Positions 1 through 8,944 of a DNA stretch of 64,000 nt are shown here, piece after piece. Source of the stretch: a virus. The notes beneath the pieces were generated by a model. The model saw only the letters and a list, made by a program, of their open reading frames with translations. It did not search any database and had not been told where the DNA came from. The translations under genes were made by a program, and so were the position numbers. Where the stretch lies: positions 13,873 to 77,872 of IMG/VR virus record IMGVR_UViG_3300025869_000011, one strand, 5' to 3'. Numbering within the stretch: the stretch's first letter is position 1; the number at the start of each line of letters is the position of its first letter.

Positions 1-303
1 TTTTATTCATTTCAGAACGAAAGAAACACAGATAGATCAAACATGTGGTTAACTTGTGCTTTATTAAAAGGAGAAGACAGACCAGAAGATCTTATATCAC
101 ATTTAGAAAAAGATAATATTGAAGCAAGAAGATTATGGAAGCCAATGCATGAACAGCCAGTTCTAAAAGGATATAGAAAATATATAAATGGAAATAGCTC
201 TTTATTATTTTTACAAGGTATATGTTTACCATCCGGTTCTAGTATGACTGACTCGGATTTAAAAAGAGTAATAAAGTCAGTAAAAACATTTTTTAATAAA
301 TGA
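1..303 (+). CDS. DegT/DnrJ/EryC1 family sugar aminotransferase, C-terminal part (5' truncated by window)
   Basis: NIEARRLWKPMHEQP and GICLPSGS are typical C-terminal motifs of this family; the frame is open from the window edge. Confidence 0.8.
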   Translation, partial: FYSFQNERNTDRSNMWLTCALLKGEDRPEDLISHLEKDNIEARRLWKPMHEQPVLKGYRKYINGNSSLLFLQGICLPSGSSMTDSDLKRVIKSVKTFFNK

Positions 304-1196
304 TAAATTTTGAAGAGTATAGATTATTAGAATCTTATATAGGTTCTAAAAATTTTGAAATTTTGTTGGAGAAAAATCTTTCTAATAAAATTGATAACAA
401 AATAAAATTCGGTATAGTAATGCCTACTCATAAAATATCTGATGGTGGTGCTCAGACAACTAGACAAAATCACATGACTACACCTAGTATATTAAAAGAT
501 TCTTTAACATCAATAAAAAATCAAAAGTATGATAATTATACGGTTTACTTAGTAGGTGATAAATATGATGGTGATGAAGAGATAAAGGAAGTAATGAATA
601 GTATTATCCCAAAGGGTAAATTAAAATATCATAACCTGTCATCACCTGGTGAAAGAGATAAAGGTTTTACAAAGCAACAATTTAGATATACTGCAGGTTG
701 CGGTGCAATGAATAAAGGTTTGCAAATGGCTAAGTCAGATGGGTGTGATTATATTGTTAGAATTGACCATGATGATAAGTGGACTCCTAATCACTTAGAG
801 CTTTTAGCAAAAGCATACACACAATATCCTGAATTGGCATATGTATTCACAAGAAGCCGTAAAAAGATAGACGCAACAAATAGCTCTAAGAAATATATGT
901 ACCAACCTAGGGACGAAAGGCATACTAATCTAATAGAACCAAATAATCTTGGTTATACTCATGGTGATGTTAGTCACTCTGCAGTTTCATGGAGACCTTC
1001 TATGTGTGGTGATTTAAGATATCGTGATGCCGACGCGCAATGTAATACCGAACCTAAAATATCTAAAGAAAAAACTAACCCAGCTGATGTTGACATGTTT
1101 AACAGAATGATGAAGGTTATAAAAGATAAAGGTCATAAGTATATGTACGTACCAAAACTAACAAGTTTCTATAGAAACAGAAAAGGTAAATTCTAA
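300..1196 (+). CDS. GT2-like (GT-A) glycosyltransferase with a possible head-targeting leader
   Basis: IVMPT, SLTSIKNQKY, MNKGL, RIDHDDKW (DxD) motifs; N-terminus MINFEEYRLLES. Confidence 0.75.
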   Translation: MINFEEYRLLESYIGSKNFEILLEKNLSNKIDNKIKFGIVMPTHKISDGGAQTTRQNHMTTPSILKDSLTSIKNQKYDNYTVYLVGDKYDGDEEIKEVMNSIIPKGKLKYHNLSSPGERDKGFTKQQFRYTAGCGAMNKGLQMAKSDGCDYIVRIDHDDKWTPNHLELLAKAYTQYPELAYVFTRSRKKIDATNSSKKYMYQPRDERHTNLIEPNNLGYTHGDVSHSAVSWRPSMCGDLRYRDADAQCNTEPKISKEKTNPADVDMFNRMMKVIKDKGHKYMYVPKLTSFYRNRKGKF

Positions 1197-1197
1197 T

Positions 1198-1210
1198 GAA
1201 TATATATAAA
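1198..1210 (+). promoter_or_regulatory. Putative late promoter (AATATATA class)
   Basis: GAATATATATAAA, a variant of the motif seen before structural genes. Confidence 0.5.
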
Positions 1211-1230
1211 AACAATAAAAAATAACTATT

Positions 1231-1407
1231 ATGGAAAAATTTGAAGAAATCAAGGCTCTTATCGAGTCAGTAAGTGAAGATGTAGATAAATTCTATGTAA
1301 AGGGAAATAAGGCAGCCGCCGTAAGAATTAGAAAATCAATGCAAGAAGTTAAAAATCTAGCACAAGAACTAAGATTACACGTCCAAGAGACTAAGAACAA
1401 TATGTAA
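1231..1407 (+). CDS. Histone H1-like protein, Hc1 family (58 aa, absent from the ORF track)
   Basis: Manual translation MEKFEEIKALIESVSEDVDKFYVKGNKAAAVRIRKSMQEVKNLAQELRLHVQETKNNM; KFY.KGNKAA..R.RK matches Bacteroidota/Chlamydia Hc1-like proteins. Confidence 0.8.
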   Translation: MEKFEEIKALIESVSEDVDKFYVKGNKAAAVRIRKSMQEVKNLAQELRLHVQETKNNM

Positions 1408-1425
1408 TCATACATAATCTTTTTT

Positions 1426-1459
1426 AAAAAAGACTATCTTTAATTAGATGGTCTTTTTT
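1426..1459 (+). terminator. Rho-independent terminator
   Basis: AAAAAAGACTATCT-loop-AGATGGTCTTTTTT hairpin with T tract. Confidence 0.75.
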
Positions 1460-1485
1460 GTTTGTATAATGCCCGGTTATACTTG

Positions 1486-1518
1486 AAACTTTTTTAAAAA
1501 CTTCTATATAATAATAAA
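1486..1518 (+). promoter_or_regulatory. Putative middle promoter AAAC-N17-TATAATAATAAA
   Basis: One of 12 copies with the same spacing upstream of DNA-metabolism genes. Confidence 0.65.
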
Positions 1519-1531
1519 TCAGTTAAATTAT

Positions 1532-2083
1532 ATGGAACGTTGCTTAATATTAGATTTTGATGATACTTTAGTTTCAACTATAGATACTCATGCAAATTCA
1601 TGGAAACTTGCTATAGAAAGAGTATTGAATAGGGATATACCTATTGAAACAATAATGTCTGATATTAATTACGGAATGGATGTTCTTTTAAAGAAATATC
1701 AATTAACTGAAGCTGAGTCCCAATTAGCACAAGATTACAAAAGAGAAATATTTTCAAAGAATCTTCATAAGACTAAAATAAATCAATTACTTTTGTGGAT
1801 AATTAAAAATTCTCAATTTGAAAAAGTTATTATAGCATCAAATTCATCTAGAGAAAATGTAGATAGAATTATGGCTTATCATAATATAAGTAATGAATTA
1901 TTTGATATGATTGTAACGAGGGATGATGTTTTAAATAAAAAGCCACACTCAGATATGGCAGATTTAATTTTTAAAACATTTCCTAAATATAATCCAGCTG
2001 ATTTTTTAATGGTTGGTGATTCAGAAGTAGATTCAACATTCGCACTTAAAAACAAAATGAAATGCATACTGGTAAAGTTTTAG
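1532..2083 (+). CDS. HAD-superfamily phosphatase
   Basis: LDFDDTLV motif I, SNS, KKP, MVGDSEVD. Confidence 0.85.
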   Translation: MERCLILDFDDTLVSTIDTHANSWKLAIERVLNRDIPIETIMSDINYGMDVLLKKYQLTEAESQLAQDYKREIFSKNLHKTKINQLLLWIIKNSQFEKVIIASNSSRENVDRIMAYHNISNELFDMIVTRDDVLNKKPHSDMADLIFKTFPKYNPADFLMVGDSEVDSTFALKNKMKCILVKF

Positions 2084-2808
2084 TAGGAAATAGTGGAGAT
2101 AGGGTATATCTTCAAGATAACAAAGTTATTAAAGAAGCTGGGGTTTATCCTATAAAGTTTAAGCAGCAAATGGATTGGTTAAAAAATTGTACCCATCCGA
2201 ATTTTATAAAGATTAATCCTATATCAGATACTTCATTTGAAATGAAAAAATACCCAACATGGTATGATAAAATCTGTGAACAGCCTTTAATTAAATCAAT
2301 TGACCAATTAGATGATCTTATTCATATTGTAAATGATTTTGATGGTTACGGTACTGATGTAGATACAAGATCTTATTTAGATAAATTAGAAGGTAGAACA
2401 GGTTATACTTATGAAGGTGAATTAGATGCATCGTCAGGCTGGGGGTTTGTTCATGGTGATTTAACAGTAAGTAATATCTTATATGATAAGGATTTTATTT
2501 TTATTGATCCACGAGGTACTGAAGAGCAGAATTATTATGACTATGGAAAACTGATGCAATCTTTTGTAATGAAATATGAGGCCCATATATACAATGAAAG
2601 GAATTCTAAATATCTTAAGTTCTGTAGGGAAGCAGAAAACATAATGTATGAATGGTATGACGAATACCAATTAAAATTCTTTTTAGCAGTTCACTTATTA
2701 GGAGCTGTTCCATTTTTTGAATTAAATGAAAGATATGAATTGGCAGGTATGTTCCTTAAGAAAGGGCATGAATTATTCGATGAATTAGAAATTAAATATA
2801 GCAAATGA
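2062..2808 (+). CDS. APH/choline-kinase-like phosphotransferase (putative sugar kinase)
   Basis: HGDLTVSNIL, FIDPRG, YYDYGKL motifs. Confidence 0.75.
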   Translation: MHTGKVLVGNSGDRVYLQDNKVIKEAGVYPIKFKQQMDWLKNCTHPNFIKINPISDTSFEMKKYPTWYDKICEQPLIKSIDQLDDLIHIVNDFDGYGTDVDTRSYLDKLEGRTGYTYEGELDASSGWGFVHGDLTVSNILYDKDFIFIDPRGTEEQNYYDYGKLMQSFVMKYEAHIYNERNSKYLKFCREAENIMYEWYDEYQLKFFLAVHLLGAVPFFELNERYELAGMFLKKGHELFDELEIKYSK

Positions 2809-3512
2809 GTAGAGTAAGAAAAGCAATTATCTTAGCAGCCGGGAGGTCTACTAGGTATGGATCAAATAAACTTATAGATCCAATTTTAGGAAAATCAACA
2901 ATTCAGTACTGTATTGAATTTTGTATTGAGAATGGAATAGAGGATGCATATGTTACTATAAGTAAATCTGACTTCTTTTTTAAAAATAGAAATACAAAAT
3001 TATCTCATCCTATTATTGAAAGTTTATCAAAGTATAAAGAAAAGATAAACATTTGTTATGAATTTCAGAAGGATGATGAATATGGACCAGGCGCTGCAAT
3101 TAAGGCATGGGAAGGTAAATTTTATGAACCTTTCTTATGTCTCTTTGGTGACAATTATTATCAAGGTAATATTGGTTTAGAATACCATGATCCTAATAAC
3201 ACTGTTGTTACTTATAAGGATTATGAAACTAGAGCAAGAAATTTACAACTTGCTACTATCCTAGAAGATGTGGTTATTGAAAAACCGCATGGTGTAGTAA
3301 GCGGTAGATATTTTTGCGGATATATGATATTTGGTAAAGAGGCATTTGATAACTTAAGTAGTATTAAATTATCAAACAGAAATGAATATGAAATTACTCA
3401 TCTTATAAACTCGATGGATAATTTAAAATTTGAAGAATTAAATATATGTTGGTATGATTTAACATACGAACAAGATAAACAAGTAATAGAAGATATTATT
3501 CAAAATTGTTAA
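2805..3512 (+). CDS. Sugar-1-phosphate nucleotidyltransferase (RmlA-like)
   Basis: ILAAGRSTRYG..NKL, LFGDN, IEKP, RNEYEIT. Confidence 0.85.
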   Translation: MSRVRKAIILAAGRSTRYGSNKLIDPILGKSTIQYCIEFCIENGIEDAYVTISKSDFFFKNRNTKLSHPIIESLSKYKEKINICYEFQKDDEYGPGAAIKAWEGKFYEPFLCLFGDNYYQGNIGLEYHDPNNTVVTYKDYETRARNLQLATILEDVVIEKPHGVVSGRYFCGYMIFGKEAFDNLSSIKLSNRNEYEITHLINSMDNLKFEELNICWYDLTYEQDKQVIEDIIQNC

Positions 3513-3513
3513 T

Positions 3514-4779
3514 ATGAAAGAGAATGTAAAAAAGATTGGTTTTTTTAAATTAGGTAAAGCCATAAAGTTTAATGAAAACAGTTGGAGCGCAATCGGTGGT
3601 GATTGTGAACCTAAGCAATTAATTTGTTCAATTGCAAACAGAAATCCTAATATCGAATATTGGCTATTAAGCCCAAATGATTTAGGTAAGTTTAGAGCAA
3701 AACAAAAACCTAAAGTAAATTCTTTATTCGGCCCACCGCAAACAGATGAACCTATAGTTCCTAATAATATTAAAGAATTTCATTCTACTATGAAAGAGAG
3801 AAAGTCTACTGATGAAACTGTTGAAATTATTCAAGGTTTAGATTTAGATTTTATTTTCTTTTATACTGGTCCAACAAGTACTGTTAATATTCCAGAGTAT
3901 ATCAACAAGAAGGATGGTACTGGTCAAGTTAAATCGTTGGATTTCTTTAAGTATTATGCAGCTCCAATTATTAAAGCGATGAATGAATTGGAAAAGAAAG
4001 TTCCTATTGTAGGTTTACTTGTTGATAACCGATATGTTCTTGCGTGTAAGGATTGGAGTATAAATAATAGACCAACCTATTACTTAGCACAAAATACATT
4101 TACTAAAGAAGAACAATATTTCTGTAATCCACCACTGAGAGATGTTAAAACAATTACATCTACATATGAATATTCAGGTATTGAAACAGTATTTCTTTTA
4201 GATAAGAAAAGATATGATACTGATGAATTATTTAAAATGAAAAAGACCAATTCATTTATGATGCTACAGAATCAAGGTAAAGGTTCAGGTGGAATGGATC
4301 GTTGGGATCCAGTAAAAGAATACATTGTTGATCAAGAAATAGAAACTGATATCTATGGTAAATGGGATGATGAGATTAAAGAAAAGTATCCTAAATGGTT
4401 TAAAGGAGAAACTAGAATCGAAACAATGACCGATGAATTACTCGGTACTAAATATACATTCTGTGTACCTATTAAAGAAGGTATGGTAACCTCTAAGTAT
4501 GCTGAAATGCTACACTATGGTATTATACCTTTCTTACACCCATCTTACGATACTGACTTTAATGTATTCCCTGAAGGTCATTTTATTAGATGTAAATCAG
4601 CAGAAGATTTAAAAAAGAAAATTGAATTCTTAAATGCAAACCCGGAGCATTATAAGAAATTATTTTATAACCTACAAGAAAAGTATCTTAAGGATTCTTA
4701 TTATACTGGAGAGCATGTAGATAACAAGATCTGGGAATCTTATGAAAGAGTAACTAAAACTGAAACCGTAAATGTATAA
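3514..4779 (+). CDS. GT-B glycosyltransferase resembling T4 DNA beta-glucosyltransferase
   Basis: C-terminal half (DIYGKW...VTSKYAEML...PFLHPSYD...FIRCKSAEDLKKKIEFL) parallels the BGT nucleotide-sugar domain; sits in a sugar/DNA-methylase cluster. Confidence 0.55.
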   Translation: MKENVKKIGFFKLGKAIKFNENSWSAIGGDCEPKQLICSIANRNPNIEYWLLSPNDLGKFRAKQKPKVNSLFGPPQTDEPIVPNNIKEFHSTMKERKSTDETVEIIQGLDLDFIFFYTGPTSTVNIPEYINKKDGTGQVKSLDFFKYYAAPIIKAMNELEKKVPIVGLLVDNRYVLACKDWSINNRPTYYLAQNTFTKEEQYFCNPPLRDVKTITSTYEYSGIETVFLLDKKRYDTDELFKMKKTNSFMMLQNQGKGSGGMDRWDPVKEYIVDQEIETDIYGKWDDEIKEKYPKWFKGETRIETMTDELLGTKYTFCVPIKEGMVTSKYAEMLHYGIIPFLHPSYDTDFNVFPEGHFIRCKSAEDLKKKIEFLNANPEHYKKLFYNLQEKYLKDSYYTGEHVDNKIWESYERVTKTETVNV

Positions 4780-5794
4780 TTCTGAAACAAAAATCCTAGT
4801 CACCGGTGGTGCTGGGTTCGTTGGTACAAATTTTATCAATGATTTATTAAATAGAGGACATAATCCTAAATGTATTGCAGTGATCGATAATATGGAACAC
4901 GGTACTTATATACCTAAAGTCCATGATCAAATTGAAAATTTTCATAAAGTAGATATTAGAAATCAATATGTAGAAAACATTATTCAGGATTTTGCACCTG
5001 ATTATGTTTATCACTTCGCTGGCTTGGTTTCTATTTATGACTGTCATGAAGATCCATACGAAGCTGTAGATAATAATATCTTAGGAAGTATTAATGTAAT
5101 GAATGGTTGTGTAAAGGCAGATGTAAAAAGAATTATCTTTAGTGAAACTTCTGCTGTATATGAAAATTGTGAAATGCCTAAAGAAGGGTTTAACGAGAAT
5201 CAATCTGATCCTACTACAATTTATTCTACAACTAAAGCATGCCTTGCCTTATTAGCAGAATCATACCAGAGAACTAAAGGTTTAAATTATACTGCATTGA
5301 GATACTTTAATGTTGCTGGGCCACTTCAAGACTATAATAGAACCATACCTCCTGTATTCGCTGGATTTATTTTAAGAATTAAAGGTAATCATAATCCTAT
5401 AGTGTTTGGTGATTATATGAAGGCAAGAGATTATATTGATGTATCTGATGTTAATGCATTCCACATTCTTTGTATGGAAAATGAAGATACCGCAAACCAA
5501 ACCTTTAATTTAGGAACCGGTAAAATGACAAATCTAATGGATCTTAAAAATATGATTGGTGATATTATGGGAGTTGGTGAACCTGTGTTTGATCATTACG
5601 ATCCGATTGCAGGTGAGGCTTTAAATATCAGAGGGGATATCTCCAAAGCTAAATCGATGGGATGGGAACCTAAAAAAGATATAAGAGATACTATAAAAGA
5701 AACTATTGTTTATCTTGAAGAAGAAATTAATCAAGGTACAATTGACCCTTTAACTTTTATGGAAGATTTAGAAATTGAAAAAGTAAAAATATAA
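4772..5794 (+). CDS. NAD-dependent nucleotide-sugar epimerase/dehydratase (GalE-like SDR)
   Basis: TGGAGFVG, YSTTK (YxxxK), LRYFNVAG, RDYIDVSD. Confidence 0.9.
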   Translation: MYNSETKILVTGGAGFVGTNFINDLLNRGHNPKCIAVIDNMEHGTYIPKVHDQIENFHKVDIRNQYVENIIQDFAPDYVYHFAGLVSIYDCHEDPYEAVDNNILGSINVMNGCVKADVKRIIFSETSAVYENCEMPKEGFNENQSDPTTIYSTTKACLALLAESYQRTKGLNYTALRYFNVAGPLQDYNRTIPPVFAGFILRIKGNHNPIVFGDYMKARDYIDVSDVNAFHILCMENEDTANQTFNLGTGKMTNLMDLKNMIGDIMGVGEPVFDHYDPIAGEALNIRGDISKAKSMGWEPKKDIRDTIKETIVYLEEEINQGTIDPLTFMEDLEIEKVKI

Positions 5795-5795
5795 T

Positions 5796-7058
5796 ATGGA
5801 AAAAGAATTAAAATGGGGTACTATAATTCCACTGATTGGTGGTAGTGCTATAGGATGTAAAAAATCTGCAGGTAACGAACCTGCATTTCATTTAAGTTAT
5901 GATGCGTTTGCTGCTAATGAAAGTCATATTGAAAAATATTGGCCTGATGTACCTATGTATAGGTTAGATCATGAAGATTTAGAAATTCCTAAACAAACCT
6001 TTAACGAAGTAGATTATGTAAATTCAGTTTGTCCTTGTGCAGGGTTATCACAATTAAATTCTGCAAGAGGAACGTCTGCTTCTCGTGGATCTGGTGCTAC
6101 TCAAAATCAATGGATGTATAATTCATCAGAATATATTTTAGAAAACGTAAAACCTAAAGTACTTTGGGGTGAGAATGCACCTGGTCTTTTTACTAAGATG
6201 GGAGAAGGTGTTGTTGACAGGTTAAGAGAAATAGGCGAAAAATATGGCTATAGTTTTTCTTTAATTAAAACAAACACCGAGCTTCATGGAATTCCACAAA
6301 GAAGAATGAGAACTTTTTATTTCTTTTGGAATACACCAACTGTACCTATGTTAAGTTGGAAATTCAGAGAAAAGAAATTACTAATTGATTATCTTAATGA
6401 AATTCCTAAGGATGCTACACACCAAGATATGTTTATGGTTGAAGGTAAAGTCACAGATCATTTTACACCTTATGAATATGTTTTAGAAAAGGAAGGTTTA
6501 ACTCATGCTGAATTTGCTGCAAAATTTAAAAAAGGAACTATTGCACAGTACTTAGAAAAAAATGAACTTATTGATGACTGTATTAAATGGTTAGAAAAAC
6601 ATTATCCTAAAAGAGGGTTTTCAAATAAAAAATCTACAAAGACTTTTATTGATATGTTAGAGCACCAACAATATAAAACAAGTCAAGGATTAGGTTATTG
6701 GGATGCATCCCCGCATTTCTTTCACGATTCTTTTTCTGCTCTTATTGGTAGAAATATGTTTAATGGTGTACACCCAGTAGAAAACAGATATCTTAATGTT
6801 AGAGAAATGCTTCACTTAATGGGACTTCCTTTAGACTTCGGTATTGAAAGCTCAAGACAAGTAAATCATATTGCTCAAAATGTACCTGTTACAACTGCTA
6901 TGGATATGGCTGATGAGGTAAAGAAATTTTGTAAAGGCGAGGCTAAGATGACTAATTTTACATTTCTGAAACAAGATAACACAAGTCATAAAATTATTGA
7001 TTCTGTTGAAATTGGATCAGAACCTAAAAAGAAATATAAAGTAAAAAGTATAATTTAA
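5796..7058 (+). CDS. DNA cytosine-C5 methyltransferase-fold protein with atypical SAM-binding motif
   Basis: PC motif (VCPCAGLS), ENA (motif VI), PQRRMR (VIII), RYLNVREMLHLMGLP (IX); motif I reads IPLIGG instead of FxGxGG. Confidence 0.75.
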   Translation: MEKELKWGTIIPLIGGSAIGCKKSAGNEPAFHLSYDAFAANESHIEKYWPDVPMYRLDHEDLEIPKQTFNEVDYVNSVCPCAGLSQLNSARGTSASRGSGATQNQWMYNSSEYILENVKPKVLWGENAPGLFTKMGEGVVDRLREIGEKYGYSFSLIKTNTELHGIPQRRMRTFYFFWNTPTVPMLSWKFREKKLLIDYLNEIPKDATHQDMFMVEGKVTDHFTPYEYVLEKEGLTHAEFAAKFKKGTIAQYLEKNELIDDCIKWLEKHYPKRGFSNKKSTKTFIDMLEHQQYKTSQGLGYWDASPHFFHDSFSALIGRNMFNGVHPVENRYLNVREMLHLMGLPLDFGIESSRQVNHIAQNVPVTTAMDMADEVKKFCKGEAKMTNFTFLKQDNTSHKIIDSVEIGSEPKKKYKVKSII

Positions 7059-7060
7059 TT

Positions 7061-8065
7061 ATGAAAGATAACGCATTAGCAATAGGAATATCTAGTTTAG
7101 AGTTTACCAATATCTTATGTAGTTATTATCCTAAAGGGATCAAAGAAAATTTTGATATTTACTTATTTGTTGATAATAATAAAATAGACATAGATAAACT
7201 TCAGTGCATTTTTAAAGAGCATGATTTAGATATTTTTATTAATGCTAAAATTATTATCTTAAAGGATGTATATGATCATTATATAGAAAAGCATCAATAT
7301 AAAGGTAATGCAAAAAAGTTTCTATTAAATCATGGTTGTTTATTTAAAATTCTAATGCCTATTTATCTAAGAGAAATGTTTGGTGTTAAAAGAACATATG
7401 TTTCCGATGATGATGTATTTATCCTAAATGATCTCAGTTATATGTGGACTAAATATAAAGAGTTCGGTATTAAGAAGGAAAACTTATTTTACATTAGAAA
7501 TAAAAATAAGTATGATGTAATGAATGCCTTCAATGAAATATTTGAATCTGATTTTACTTTGGATCAAATGAATGGTCTAGCAATAAATGCAGGTAATATT
7601 ATTTATGACGAAGACCCTAAGTTAGAATATTACTTTGAGCGGTTTATGAAGCACCCATTTATTCATCATATGTTTTTTGATTTTACAGGTTATACGAGCT
7701 GGACAGTAGAACAGAGGTTTCATCATTTTAATATTCATAGATATTTAGCAGAAGGAAAGGAAGTTAAATTTTTAGAAAGTAAAGACTTAAGACTAATGCA
7801 AAATCTTGATAAAGATATGAAGGCTGGTGAGCCACCTGAAAAATATTTAAAAGAAGTCGTACCATCCTTAATCCATTATGCAATAGGCACAAAAAAACCT
7901 TTATGGTTAAATGATTTTTTACCAGGTCTTAAATGGAGATATGGTTTTGACTATAAGGCCAAATATGAATTAAAGGATATTCTATATAATAAAGATTGGC
8001 GACCACCATCCTTTAAAAGTGTACAGAAAAAACAAACAGCATTAAAAATTAAGTCTGTATTTTAA
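7061..8065 (+). CDS. GT8-like (GT-A) glycosyltransferase
   Basis: YVSDDDVFIL (DxD), INAG, EQ, LIHYAIGTKKP motifs in GT8 order. Confidence 0.6.
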   Translation: MKDNALAIGISSLEFTNILCSYYPKGIKENFDIYLFVDNNKIDIDKLQCIFKEHDLDIFINAKIIILKDVYDHYIEKHQYKGNAKKFLLNHGCLFKILMPIYLREMFGVKRTYVSDDDVFILNDLSYMWTKYKEFGIKKENLFYIRNKNKYDVMNAFNEIFESDFTLDQMNGLAINAGNIIYDEDPKLEYYFERFMKHPFIHHMFFDFTGYTSWTVEQRFHHFNIHRYLAEGKEVKFLESKDLRLMQNLDKDMKAGEPPEKYLKEVVPSLIHYAIGTKKPLWLNDFLPGLKWRYGFDYKAKYELKDILYNKDWRPPSFKSVQKKQTALKIKSVF

Positions 8066-8068
8066 CTT

Positions 8069-8101
8069 AAACTAAGTAACAATAATCAATATAATAATAA
8101 A
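8069..8101 (+). promoter_or_regulatory. Putative middle promoter AAAC-N17-TATAATAATAAA
   Basis: Conserved bipartite motif before the sliding clamp gene. Confidence 0.65.
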
Positions 8102-8116
8102 CAAATAATATTTTAA

Positions 8117-8866
8117 ATGGAAACAAAAATTAACAAAATTGACGGTTATGAATTAAGTTCATTCGTTCGCAAACTACTTCCAATTGACAAATTCATCTTT
8201 ATGAAAATCGCAAAAGAAGGTACTGTATCTTCTGTATATTTTCCTGAGAGAGATGCCGTAAAATTGGTTAACACTCCAACTGCTGATATCTTTGATGCTG
8301 ATATCTCTGAACCTGTAAAGGTAAGCTTTTATAATGGTACTAAAGTTATTGATGCATTAAGTCATTTTAATGGTGATGTCCAAGGTCGTATTAAGTATAC
8401 TGAATATGATGGAGAATTAATGGCAAGTGATTTTATTTTAGAAAATGAAGATCTTCAAATTAATTTGGCATGTACAGATCCTTCATTATCTTTTATGGAA
8501 ATGAGCAAGGAAGAAACTGATAGAGCATTCGGTACAGATTCTAAAATGTTTAGTTTTGATTTACTTACTACTCATGTAGATAAAATGAAATCATTATTTA
8601 ACTTAGATAAAGATGAAGATATCTTTACTCTTTATATAGGAGAAAAAGGTATTAATATTAAAGGTACTTCTTATGATGCTACTTTATGCCACTCTTATGA
8701 TTCAGATGTAGAAAAAGGTGCAAAAGTTGTAATTTATAAAAAGTATATTAATCTTTTAGATAAGGAAAATTACAAAGTAAGCGTTTGTGAAAATAAGGTT
8801 GTATTTAAATCTTTAGATACTAATACACATCTTACTGTTGCTGTTGCTATTACTGACGAGGATTAA
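8117..8866 (+). CDS. gp45: Sliding clamp (gp45/PCNA-like)
   Basis: Size of 249 aa, acidic two-domain pattern, C-terminal YKVSV...VVF...TVAVA like gp45; adjacent to the polymerase. Confidence 0.6.
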   Translation: METKINKIDGYELSSFVRKLLPIDKFIFMKIAKEGTVSSVYFPERDAVKLVNTPTADIFDADISEPVKVSFYNGTKVIDALSHFNGDVQGRIKYTEYDGELMASDFILENEDLQINLACTDPSLSFMEMSKEETDRAFGTDSKMFSFDLLTTHVDKMKSLFNLDKDEDIFTLYIGEKGINIKGTSYDATLCHSYDSDVEKGAKVVIYKKYINLLDKENYKVSVCENKVVFKSLDTNTHLTVAVAITDED

Positions 8867-8881
8867 TACTGCATCTAATTA

Positions 8882-8913
8882 TTTAAAGGGCATCATAATC
8901 GGTGCCCTTTAAA
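8882..8913 (+). terminator. Stem-loop/terminator overlapping the next promoter
   Basis: TTTAAAGGGCATC-ATAATC-GGTGCCCTTTAAA inverted repeat. Confidence 0.6.
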
Positions 8914-8943
8914 CTTTCTTTAATCTTACCGTATAAAAATAAA
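8911..8943 (+). promoter_or_regulatory. Putative middle promoter AAAC-N17-TATAAAAATAAA
   Basis: Conserved motif directly before the polymerase-half gene. Confidence 0.65.
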
Positions 8944-8944
8944 A

